Assembly (NCBI GenBank): GCA_025459175.1
Contig: JALORC010000080.1
Span: 443 to 64,442, forward strand
Length of the DNA stretch: 64,000 bases
Source of the DNA: Planctomycetota bacterium
GTDB taxonomy: Bacteria > Planctomycetota > UBA1135 > UBA2386
Direction: 5' to 3'
Below, in pieces: positions 25,133-33,728 of this stretch (positions are counted from its first letter, which is position 1; every line of letters begins with the position of its first letter). The notes below the pieces were generated by a model. The model was given only the letters and a program-made list of their open reading frames with translations, had not been told where the DNA came from and searched no databases. A program made the translations under genes and the position numbers.

Positions 25133-26664
25133 GGGGCGAGGGCGGTGCGTTGGCGCTGCCGGCGGCGGAACGCAGGACCATCCTGCACCTGCACCGGCGG
25201 GCGCACCGAGGCGATGCGCTGCACGGCGAGGTCGGCGGTGGCCATGATCGACAGCATCGGGTTCACGCGCACGCTGTGGGGGAACACGCTGCCGTCGGCG
25301 ACGAACAGGTTGTCGATGCCACGCACCCGGAAGTTCGGGTCGACGACGTCGCGCCGCGGGTCGCAACCGGCACAGGCACCGCCCTGGGGATGCGAACTGC
25401 CGAAGCCGATCAGGTCGTCCTGGCTGGCGAGCGCGTCGTCGAGGTGAGCCAGCGCGGCTTCGTCCTCGAGGATCGGCCGCTTGCTGCTGGGGATCAACAC
25501 CCGTCTGGCCCCGGCCGCGAACAGCGCGCGGGCCGCCGTGCGGCAGCCGTCGCGGAAGGCCTGCAGCTCGACTGCCGACATGCGGAAGCGGATGTCGGCA
25601 TGGTCGAACAGCGGCCGCAACAGCCGGTGGCCGAGACCGAGGAACACCTCGCCGCTGGGCTGCGTCGGCACCAGCACACCGAGTGCGGCGAGATGGCGAT
25701 AGCGCTGCATGACCGCGGCATGGTCGCCGTAGAAGCCCGGCAGCGTCAGCGCGAGCGACACCGGTGGATTCTGGATCTGCTCGATGACGAAGCGTTCGGT
25801 CAGATGGTGCACGCACATCTGATCGCCGTCGAAACCGTCGAGCGGTTGCGGGAAGTCGCCGAACACGATGCCGCCGGCGTTGAACGACGTGCGCTTGCCG
25901 GCCCGACCTCGATGCAGGCCGCTGCGCAGCAGCAGTTCCGGCGTGTTGATCGCGCCGCCGGCCAGGATGTAGCGACGCGCCAGCACCTGCACTTCCTCAC
26001 CGGTGACGGTGTCGCGCGCCAGCAGTCCGCGCACCGTGCCGCGGGCGTGGTCGATGCGGCGGATCTCGAGGTCCGCGTAGACGCTGGCGCCCCGATCGAC
26101 GGCCATCGGGATCCAGGTCTGCGAGGCGTCGAGCTTCTTGCCGTAGCGACAGCCGACGTTGCAGTAGCCGCAACCGATGCAGTCCAGCATCGCCTTCTGG
26201 AACGAGCCGGCTTCGGCACCGATGCGGCGCAAGCCATCGGCCAGCACCGCGGTGGCGGGGTTGTGCACGTCGACCGGCAGCGGGCTCACGCCCATCACGC
26301 CTTCGACGCGGTCGAAGGCCCGGCCGAGCTCGTCGGCCGGCAGTTCGAGGCCGTGGGCCGCGAAGCTGCGGCGCACGCTCTCCGGCATCCGGAAGCAGAC
26401 CGCGTTGGTCAGCACCGTCGAGCCGCCGACGCAGTTGCCCTGCAGCACGAACATGTTGGCGTCGTTGTTGGTCTGCGCGCCGCCGTCCTTGTAGAGCGTC
26501 GCGATCATCGCCGGCTCGTCGTGGGACAGGTCGCGCGGGTGCCGCCACGGTCCGCGCTCGATCACCGCGACCGAAGCACCTGCGGCCGCGAGGTGGTAGG
26601 CGACCACGGAGCCGCCGGCGCCGGAGCCCACGACCGCATACTCGGCGCGGATGACGCGCTTCAT
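25129..26664 (-). CDS. GMC family FAD oxidoreductase
   Basis: MKRVIRAEYAVVGSGAGGSVVAYHLAAAG (GxGxxG). Also ...CIGCGYCNVGCRYGKKLD..., ...GGAINTPELLLRSG..., and C-terminal ...HPQGGACAG...NLFVADGSVFP... ATGA overlaps at both ends (26661-26664 and 25129-25132). Confidence 0.9.
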   Translation of the reverse strand: MKRVIRAEYAVVGSGAGGSVVAYHLAAAGASVAVIERGPWRHPRDLSHDEPAMIATLYKDGGAQTNNDANMFVLQGNCVGGSTVLTNAVCFRMPESVRRSFAAHGLELPADELGRAFDRVEGVMGVSPLPVDVHNPATAVLADGLRRIGAEAGSFQKAMLDCIGCGYCNVGCRYGKKLDASQTWIPMAVDRGASVYADLEIRRIDHARGTVRGLLARDTVTGEEVQVLARRYILAGGAINTPELLLRSGLHRGRAGKRTSFNAGGIVFGDFPQPLDGFDGDQMCVHHLTERFVIEQIQNPPVSLALTLPGFYGDHAAVMQRYRHLAALGVLVPTQPSGEVFLGLGHRLLRPLFDHADIRFRMSAVELQAFRDGCRTAARALFAAGARRVLIPSSKRPILEDEAALAHLDDALASQDDLIGFGSSHPQGGACAGCDPRRDVVDPNFRVRGIDNLFVADGSVFPHSVRVNPMLSIMATADLAVQRIASVRPPVQVQDGPAFRRRQRQRTALAP

Positions 26665-27221
26665 CCGACCGCCCTCTGCAGCGCGGCGGCCGGATTCGGC
26701 CGGCGTTGGGCCGGCTGGCGCCGTTCGGCGACGGTCACGAAGCCCAGTCCCTTGGCGATCCGGGGATCGGTGTAGTAGCCCATGCGCACCAGTTGGCGAA
26801 CCAGCGCCGGGATCGCCAGCAGGCCGCGGGTGGTGGCCATGTGCCGTTCCAGGAACGCGGTGCGCTGCGGCAGCGGCAGTCGGGACAGCGGCGCCTTGCC
26901 GCGCAGTCGCGGCGCGTGCTCGAGCAGCGTCAGCAGGATCATGGTGCGCCAGTGCCGCGGCGAGCGCACCGCGGCGAGGTAGGCATCGACGTTGCGCGCG
27001 ACCTGCTGCCAGCCGCCCGGGGGCGGGGTTTGCAGCGTCGCTTCGGCATGGGCCGCGATGGTCTGTGCCTGCCGCGCACTCAGGGCGCGATAGCCAGCGG
27101 CAGCGCCGGCCCGCCGATCGCGCCGTCGCGACCACCACAGCCACGGAGTCAACGGCAGCCACAGGGGGCTCGCCAGCAGCGCAACGACGGCCGCCACAGC
27201 GACGCGGGCATTCAGCGACAT
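26661..27221 (-). CDS. Small membrane-anchored subunit, gluconate 2-dehydrogenase subunit 3-like
   Basis: 186 aa. N-terminal hydrophobic anchor: MSLNARVAVAAVVALLASPLWLPL. C-terminal ...LVRMGYYTDPRIAKGLGF... resembles the small subunits that accompany GMC-type dehydrogenases. Translationally coupled to the GMC gene. Confidence 0.65.
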   Translation of the reverse strand: MSLNARVAVAAVVALLASPLWLPLTPWLWWSRRRDRRAGAAAGYRALSARQAQTIAAHAEATLQTPPPGGWQQVARNVDAYLAAVRSPRHWRTMILLTLLEHAPRLRGKAPLSRLPLPQRTAFLERHMATTRGLLAIPALVRQLVRMGYYTDPRIAKGLGFVTVAERRQPAQRRPNPAAALQRAVG

Positions 27222-27319
27222 GAATGCATGCTCCGGGTCACGGTGAGGTCCGGAGCAGGGTTGCGTGAAGGTTCGGGATGGCGCACCGCGCGGTGGCCTC
27301 GGTCGCTAGACACCGGGTG

Positions 27320-27949
27320 ATGAGCGGTGCCCCGATTCCATCCGCTGCCGGCGCCTCGGCCGCTTCGGGCAGCGGTAGCTGGTTCCTGCGCAAGTTCCTG
27401 CGCGACCCCAAGGAGGTCGCTTCGGTCTGGCCGAGTTCGCGCTTCCTCGCGCGCGCGATGGTCGCCGGCATCGACATGGCGCCGGGTGAGTCGATCGTCG
27501 AACTGGGCCCGGGCACCGGCCCGTTCACCGACGCGATCGTGCCGAAGCTGGCTTCGGTACCAGGCGCCAGCTACCTCGGCATCGATCGCGATCCGGAGTT
27601 CATCGCCCATCTGCGGCGACGACATCCCGGGCTCGAGTTCGTGCAGGCCGATGCGTTCGCGCTGCCGGAGCTGCTGGCGGCGCGCCCGCAGCTGCGGGTG
27701 CGAGCGGTGCTGTCGGGGCTGCCGCTGGTGGCGCTGCCGAAACCACAGGTCACCGCATTGTCGGAGTTCGTGCACGGGCTGCTGCCGACCGGTGGTGCCT
27801 TCCGCACGTTCTCCTACCTGCACACGGTCGTGAACCCGGCGTCGTGGTGGCTGCGCGGGCTGCTGCGCGAACGCTTCGCGCGCTTCGTCGTCAATGGACC
27901 GGTGTGGCGGAACGTGCCGCCGGCGCTGGTGTTCGCGGCGCAGCGGTAG
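27320..27949 (+). CDS. Class I SAM-dependent methyltransferase (COG3963 phospholipid N-methyltransferase-like)
   Basis: ATG 27320. ...FLRKFLRDPKEVASVWPSSRFLARAM...IVELGPGTGPFT... is SAM motif I. Divergent from the GMC/GH3 operon. Confidence 0.8.
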   Translation: MSGAPIPSAAGASAASGSGSWFLRKFLRDPKEVASVWPSSRFLARAMVAGIDMAPGESIVELGPGTGPFTDAIVPKLASVPGASYLGIDRDPEFIAHLRRRHPGLEFVQADAFALPELLAARPQLRVRAVLSGLPLVALPKPQVTALSEFVHGLLPTGGAFRTFSYLHTVVNPASWWLRGLLRERFARFVVNGPVWRNVPPALVFAAQR

Positions 27950-27957
27950 ACTCGGCC

Positions 27958-30132
27958 ATGGCGGGGAGCACCGCTGCCGTTCCTGTCGTGCTCAGGCACC
28001 TACTCACCATCGACCTTGGCGCGACGTCGTTGGCGTTGCCGGTGGTCGGTGGCCTCGTGGCGTCCAAGGCAGCGACTGGTGACGGCAGGTGGACTGTGGC
28101 ACACTGGTCTCGGGAGCTGCGAGACATGCCATTCATGCTGCTTGGTCTATCCGTCTTGGTGTGGTCGACGGTCGTGCCGCAGGAGCCGCTGCAAATCATG
28201 CAGCCGCTGCAGCCGGTGCCAGCGTTTCTCGCCCAGCCGGTCTCTGCCTCGGCCGCCGATGCCCAGGTGTTTCGGGTCGTCGACGAGAACCAGCAGCCGG
28301 TGGCGGGTGCGAGCGTGTTCGTCGGGCATTGGGCGAACTTGGCCGATGTCGATCGTGGCGCGGCAGAGCACTTCTTCGTGGCAGATGCTCCGATCTGGGC
28401 GTCGGCCCGTGCGAACCTCCGCTTGCTCACCGATGCCACCGGCTCGGTTCGGGTGCCGAGGCTGGCCGGGGCCACGATCGGTGCGATCCACCCGGAGACC
28501 GGCGCCGTCGCACTCTGCCTGGTCGGAACGCGCATCCGCCTGCGCGGCCAGCGGGTGCCATTCCGCGTCGAAGTACTCGACGTCGAGGGTCGCCCGGCCG
28601 CGGGCGTGCCGGTGGGGATCGGGCGGAGCCTTGGCGTCCGAGGTGGCAACCGGGTCGGCGCGTTCACCGACGCGCAGGGTCGCGTGACCTTGCTGTGGCA
28701 GACGGAAGGCGAGCAGGCCGATGACCTCGAGGTGCGCGTGGCGTGTGTCGACGGCCCTACCACGGCGGCGCGTGTGCCATGGCCGGCCGCCGGCAGTGCG
28801 GCTCCGCTGGTGCAGCTCCGGTTGCCGCCGGTGGTCGGCTTGCGGCTGCAGCTGCGGGATGCGCGCGGTCAGCCGGTGAACGACAGCGCCGTGACGGCCT
28901 TTGGTCATCGGTATGGCGGCGTCACCAAGGCCGTGCGGGTCGCCGGCGACGAGTACTTCGTCTGGCCCATTGCGCCAGGTGGTGTCGTGCGCCTCGACCT
29001 GCGCCATGCGGGAGCCACGGGGGTGCACCAGAAGGAAGTGGTCGAAGTCGCCGCGGTAGCGGGCTCGGTCAAGACCGTGACGCTGCAGGTCGAGCACCGG
29101 CCGCGGGCGGTGGCAGATCCGCGTGTTGTCGCGGCGCTCCAGAAATTGATGGGGGCGCAGCCGGCAGGTGCCCTGCCACAGGGTGCCCTGCCGCAGGTTG
29201 GCATGCCGCAGATCATGATTCCCGTCGGCGGTCGCATGCCCAGCGCCACGGCAGTCGGGCGGATCGACTTGGCGCTCGACCCTGCGCTCGCGGCCATCGA
29301 CGGCCTTGCTTGCGAGCTGCGTCGACGGAACGCATCGGCCGAGCTTGAGCCGCCGGTGCTGCACTCGCTGCGGCTGCGGCATCAGGCTGGCAGCACGCCG
29401 CTACCAGCTCTGCTCGGGCAATCGAAGCTCTCCAGCGACCTCACGAGCCACGTCCTCGATCGCGTCGAGCCGGGCAAGTACCAACTGCGCGTCTTGCTCG
29501 GTAGCCAGGAAGTGTGGCGCGCCGCCAGCATCGACGTGCTCGCCGGCCCAGTGGGATCCGTCCCTGCGGCAGACGGCGTCCCGGCGGCCCCGCTGCCGAC
29601 CCGTTCGGTGCGCTTGGTTGACCACGACGGCAAGCCTTTGTCGGGGGCGCTGCTGGTGCAGGGCCACGCCAAACAGCGCATCGCCACGCTCGCGGACGGT
29701 ACCGCGACCTTGCCGCACGTGGCGGGAGTCCGCTGGCTCGCGACCTCGCCGAAGTGGCGCAGCTGCCTGCTCCCGGCAGACGGGGCCGAGGTTCGTACCG
29801 AGGTAGCGCTCGAGCCTCGCTGCCGCGTGCGCGTGGTGGCGGCGCCGAATGTCGTCGTGCCGGATGGGGTCTGGTTGTGCATCTCCAATCCGCTCGACCC
29901 GGAATTGGCCACGTGGCATCCGTTCCGGAATGGCAGTGACAACCTCGTGAGTCCGGACGGCGGCGGCACCGTGTCCCTCTCGCTGTGGGCGAAGTTCCGG
30001 TTTCTCGAACGCGTTCCCCTCGATTGGAGCTGGCCCATCGAGTTGCCCCCCGGCGATCGCGAAGTCGGGTTCGAGCTGCGCCTCGATGCCGAGCAGATCG
30101 AGCGCATCGGCACGTTGCTGTCGGATCGGTGA
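27958..30132 (+). CDS. Hypothetical envelope protein with CarboxypepD_reg-like beta-sandwich repeats
   Basis: 724 aa counted from ATG 27958; an alternative start at 28126 gives MPFMLLGLSVLVWSTVV. Repeats such as FRVVDENQQPVAGASVFV, VEVLDVEGRPAAGVPVGI, LQLRDARGQPVNDSAV and VRLVDHDGKPLSGALLVQ. Confidence 0.7.
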   Translation: MAGSTAAVPVVLRHLLTIDLGATSLALPVVGGLVASKAATGDGRWTVAHWSRELRDMPFMLLGLSVLVWSTVVPQEPLQIMQPLQPVPAFLAQPVSASAADAQVFRVVDENQQPVAGASVFVGHWANLADVDRGAAEHFFVADAPIWASARANLRLLTDATGSVRVPRLAGATIGAIHPETGAVALCLVGTRIRLRGQRVPFRVEVLDVEGRPAAGVPVGIGRSLGVRGGNRVGAFTDAQGRVTLLWQTEGEQADDLEVRVACVDGPTTAARVPWPAAGSAAPLVQLRLPPVVGLRLQLRDARGQPVNDSAVTAFGHRYGGVTKAVRVAGDEYFVWPIAPGGVVRLDLRHAGATGVHQKEVVEVAAVAGSVKTVTLQVEHRPRAVADPRVVAALQKLMGAQPAGALPQGALPQVGMPQIMIPVGGRMPSATAVGRIDLALDPALAAIDGLACELRRRNASAELEPPVLHSLRLRHQAGSTPLPALLGQSKLSSDLTSHVLDRVEPGKYQLRVLLGSQEVWRAASIDVLAGPVGSVPAADGVPAAPLPTRSVRLVDHDGKPLSGALLVQGHAKQRIATLADGTATLPHVAGVRWLATSPKWRSCLLPADGAEVRTEVALEPRCRVRVVAAPNVVVPDGVWLCISNPLDPELATWHPFRNGSDNLVSPDGGGTVSLSLWAKFRFLERVPLDWSWPIELPPGDREVGFELRLDAEQIERIGTLLSDR

Positions 30133-30392
30133 GGACGGAGCGCGGCGCCATGCCGCCATCGACCGGGCGAGGAGGTCGCGTGGTGCGGCGGTCAGGCCAA
30201 AGGCCTGCAGGCCGATCGGCCCGCGGAAACCGAGGTCGGCGAGCGTTGACAGCAGGCTTGGCAGGTCGTGGTCGCCGTCGTCGAGCGGCCGGATCAGGGT
30301 CGACCAGGCAGCAGGCGGAGCGCGTGGTGCGCGCGCGGCTGCGGGTTCCGCATGGTGGTGGCAGTCGACGATCTGGCCGTCCGCGGTAGTCC

Positions 30393-30476
30393 TGGGCGGA
30401 GTTGCTGCGGCGGGCGCTTGGGATCGAGGCTTTGGTCTGCCCCAAGTGCTCGGGAATCCGGCGGGTGCTGGCGCGA
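30393..30476 (+). mobile_element. Relic of an IS91-family (Y2) transposase C-terminus
   Basis: Translation WAELLRRALGIEALVCPKCSGIRRVLA matches the conserved C-terminal WAxLLxRVFxxDxLxCPxCGGxMRxIA motif of IS91-type transposases. An in-frame TAG lies two codons upstream, and nothing else of the transposase is present. Confidence 0.4.
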
Positions 30477-30547
30477 CGCGCGATGGTCGTGGCCGAGGAT
30501 GCGGGCTACCGAGGCTCAGGGCGACTTGCCGTGCGCCGGTCGCCGGT

Positions 30548-31669
30548 TCACGGCAGGATCGTCAGCGATGGGTTGCTCAGCTGCATGCCGCCGTTGGCGT
30601 CGAGGGCGATGCCCTGCCAGACGGCCCGCACCGCCGGCACGGGGCCACTGACCCACGGCAGGTTGTGGGTCACCGGTACGCCCGGTGCGAACACGCCGAA
30701 CGACAGCAAGAACGTCGATCCGGAGTCGATCCAAAGTGGATCCGGAATGCCGGGGATCGGGACCGGTTGCCCGATCAGGCCGAGTGCGATCACCCCGATC
30801 GAACCGGGTGTGCCGTGCAGTTCGGCCGCTACCTGCCCACCGGCAAACGTGGCGCGCATCCGTGGCATCACCTCGGCCGAGGCCACGATGCTGGCGCCGA
30901 AAGGAGCACCGTTGGTGAAGGTGACCGATGGCTCGTGGCGGACCGTGCCGGTGCCGCCGATGCAGGTCTGGGGCTGGCCGGTGATACCCGCCTGCAGCGT
31001 CGTGTTGCCCAGGATCCGGACCTCACCGCCGGTCATCACGATCGCGTTGGCGGGAGCGACGAAGACCCCGGCCAGCACGTTGCAGTCGCGGAGTTGCACC
31101 GTGCCCCCGGTGACGCTGAGCGCCGACCCCGAGGACACGCTGATCCGCGAGTTCTCGAAGGCGACGTTGCTCTGGGTCAACTCGGTGCGGAGCGATGCGG
31201 TCGGGCTCGACGCATCCTTGACCAGGACGGCGTTGCACTGCTGCGCAGTGAGAACGCCAAAGACCGACGCGCTCACGCCCAGTCGGTCCAGCAGCACGCT
31301 GCCTTGGCAGTTGAACAACGAAACTCTGCCGGCCCATCCCGGAAAGCCCGAGGCGACCGTGATGCCTTGGATCACCACACTCTTGCCCGTCGGTACTCCG
31401 GCCACGGCGACCCCCGCTGCTGAGGGTGTGGTACCGAAGACGATCACCCCCGGATCGGCCAGCACCTTCAGGCCCTTGCCCGAGATCGTCATGCCCGGGT
31501 ACGAGCCCGCACGAACGATCAATACCGCGCCGTCCGGGGCATTGGCCGCGGCGGTCGCCAGCGACGTGTAGTTCGCGCCCGGTCCGTTGTTGATGTCGAC
31601 GACGAAGGTCTGCGCCGAGACATTGGCGAGCACGAGTCCCGCGAGAAGTGCCGAGGTCACGACTTGCAT
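30548..31669 (-). CDS. Secreted right-handed beta-helix (pectate-lyase-fold-like) protein with shared C-terminal module
   Basis: ATG 31669 (MQVVTSALLAGLVLANVSAQ signal peptide). ...INNGPGANYTSLATAAANAPDGAVLIVRAGSY... is followed by repetitive G/S/V/T-rich rungs. The C-terminus is related to those of four other secreted proteins in the window. Confidence 0.75.
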   Translation of the reverse strand: MQVVTSALLAGLVLANVSAQTFVVDINNGPGANYTSLATAAANAPDGAVLIVRAGSYPGMTISGKGLKVLADPGVIVFGTTPSAAGVAVAGVPTGKSVVIQGITVASGFPGWAGRVSLFNCQGSVLLDRLGVSASVFGVLTAQQCNAVLVKDASSPTASLRTELTQSNVAFENSRISVSSGSALSVTGGTVQLRDCNVLAGVFVAPANAIVMTGGEVRILGNTTLQAGITGQPQTCIGGTGTVRHEPSVTFTNGAPFGASIVASAEVMPRMRATFAGGQVAAELHGTPGSIGVIALGLIGQPVPIPGIPDPLWIDSGSTFLLSFGVFAPGVPVTHNLPWVSGPVPAVRAVWQGIALDANGGMQLSNPSLTILP

Positions 31670-32009
31670 GCCGACATCATGGCGCCAGCAGGTCGCCAAG
31701 CGGGAGGGGCCTGCCTACCGCCGCGGCAGCAGTATCAGCCGAGGGATGGTGAGCTGGCGGCGACCACTCGTGGGTCGCGGCGGGGTAGCGGGTTGCGTGG
31801 TGACCGCGAAACCGGTGGTGCAGGAGGTGAAATGGGCAGCCGGGACCGGCCGCCCGGGGTGGAGATCGGGCGGCAAGGGCCGGGAGAGCGCGGCGCGGTG
31901 CGGGCATGGGCACCCGTTGTCGACTCACGCGGAGTCGGTAAGCCCGGGTGCTCCGGTGTTGACGATTCCCTGACACCTTCGTGCGGCGTTCCCGATCTCC
32001 TCCAGTGCC

Positions 32010-33383
32010 ATGAACGCTCGCCTCGGTCTCGCCGCCTTGCTGCTCGTCGCCGGGCTCGCGATCTGGTTCTCGTCGCAGCGGGAGGGCGCGAGCCTCGGCG
32101 GTCCGGTCGAGGTCGACGAGCCGACGGAATCGGTGGCGAAGCCACCGGATCGCCACGCCCCCGCCGAACGCGTCGAGGTCGAGGGCAGCGGCAACGAACC
32201 GGATGGCGGCGTTCGAGAAGCGGCCGCGCCCGGGCCGGAAGCCGAGGTGCCGACGATCGCCGAACTGCGCGAACTGGCGCGACCGACGGAGCCGGGCGTC
32301 GTGGAGGGCCTGGTGCTCGTCGGCAGGACCCCGCTCGCCACCGGCGGGCGCGTGCTGCACGTTCCCGGCTACTTCGCGACGATGCGCGGGCCCGGCGACC
32401 CGCGTGTGGACGCGCCGGAGCCGACGACGGTGTCGATCGACGGCAACGGAGAGTTCCGACTGCACGGTCTCGCCCGCGGTCGGCACACCGTCGCCGTGGA
32501 CCTCGGCCGCGGTCCGCGCCAGGCGACGAGCTTCGAAGTGGTCGAGGGCGAACGGGGGCGCCGCATCGTGATCGTGCTCGGCACCGCGCGCGTGTTCGGC
32601 CAGCTCTGGGATCCGGAGGGGCGTGCGCTCACCGGCGTGCGCGTGACGCTGTCGCACAGTGCGGACCGTTCGTTCGTGACGTCGTGCGTCAGCGCGGTCG
32701 ACGGCCGCTACGTGGTCGAGGACCTGCCGGCGGGCGAGTACTGGTTCGTCGTCGAGCCAAAGACGGCGGGTGGCGCCGCATTCGAGACCATGCAGAAGAT
32801 CTCGCTCGCGGTCGGCGAGGTGCGTCGGCTAGACGTGGGCTCGCCGAGCGGAGCGGCGATCGTGCGCGGGCGCGTGCTGCTGCGGAACGGCAGTCAGGCG
32901 CTCGGTGGCGGGCACCTGCACCTGCGGCGCAAGTCCGACCGCGCCTACTCGACGGTCGCCGTCGACGCGACGGGCGCGTTCTCGTCGCCGGTCGCCGCAG
33001 GCGAATACGAGGTCTCGGTGTCGTTCCGCGGCTGCGACGTCGAACGGTGGCAGGCGGCGGACCTCGCCGTCGGTCGCGCCGACGTCGCGCAGGACTTCGT
33101 CGTCGCAGCGACGCAGGTGATCGGGTCGCTGACCGCGACGGCGACGGGGCTGCCGCCCGAAGCCATCGATCGGAGTCATGTCTACGTGCAGTTGGCCAAC
33201 GGCGGGGTCCTGTGTTGCTTGATCGCGATCGACCGCAAGGGGCGGTTCGTCGTCGGTGGCTTGCACCCCGGTCGCTACCAGCTGGCTCTGCATCCCGCGG
33301 AACTGGAACTCGGGTCGCACGAGTTCGAGGTCGGCGCCGAGCAGGTGATCATCCCGCTGACCTTGGCGACGAAGGGGCGGTGA
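32010..33383 (+). CDS. Membrane-anchored CarboxypepD_reg-like repeat protein
   Basis: MNARLGLAALLLVAGLAIWF is an anchor. Repeats: VEGLVLVGRTPLATGG, FGQLWDPEGRALTGVRVTL...VDGRYVVEDLPAGEYWF, VRGRVLLRNG...ATGAFSSPVAAGEYEV. Confidence 0.75.
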   Translation: MNARLGLAALLLVAGLAIWFSSQREGASLGGPVEVDEPTESVAKPPDRHAPAERVEVEGSGNEPDGGVREAAAPGPEAEVPTIAELRELARPTEPGVVEGLVLVGRTPLATGGRVLHVPGYFATMRGPGDPRVDAPEPTTVSIDGNGEFRLHGLARGRHTVAVDLGRGPRQATSFEVVEGERGRRIVIVLGTARVFGQLWDPEGRALTGVRVTLSHSADRSFVTSCVSAVDGRYVVEDLPAGEYWFVVEPKTAGGAAFETMQKISLAVGEVRRLDVGSPSGAAIVRGRVLLRNGSQALGGGHLHLRRKSDRAYSTVAVDATGAFSSPVAAGEYEVSVSFRGCDVERWQAADLAVGRADVAQDFVVAATQVIGSLTATATGLPPEAIDRSHVYVQLANGGVLCCLIAIDRKGRFVVGGLHPGRYQLALHPAELELGSHEFEVGAEQVIIPLTLATKGR

Positions 33384-33728
33384 TCGGTGGGGGAAGGTTG
33401 CGCCTCGTTCGCGCGCACTGTCGCGCATGGCCGACGTCCGTGTTGCAGCTCCACGCGCAGCGGGAGGTGCACGATGGCGACGTCTTGTAGCTGGTGCAGC
33501 GCATTGTCGATCGCGCGCTGCGGGCGCTGCGCAAGGCGGTCAAGCGCCTGCTGCCGGGGCTCATCGTGTGCCGGCTGACGGCCGGCGCGGGTAAGCTGTC
33601 CGCCCAGCGACAAACGAGACTTTCTCAGTAGCACGCGGTGAATCCTTGAACAACCAGCCCGGCGTCATCGTCAGCGTCGTTGTCGGTAGCGCCACCATCG
33701 CCCAACGGCCCGACCGCGTAGGCGCTAC

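Noticed and set aside
31670-32009. Long (340 bp) purine-rich divergent intergenic region, inspected for riboswitch or small-RNA signatures (cobalamin, c-di-GMP, guanidine-type motifs).
   Set aside because: No conserved riboswitch core sequences were recognised. It needs a covariance-model scan (Rfam/Infernal) to decide.
33384-33728. Gap upstream of the Fic gene with a reverse-strand fragment ...RQQALDRLAQRPQRAIDNALHQLQDVAIVHLPLRVELQH..., considered as a recombinase or transposase relic.
   Set aside because: I cannot match it to any family from memory, and it has no start or stop structure. It is mentioned only as possible decayed DNA.
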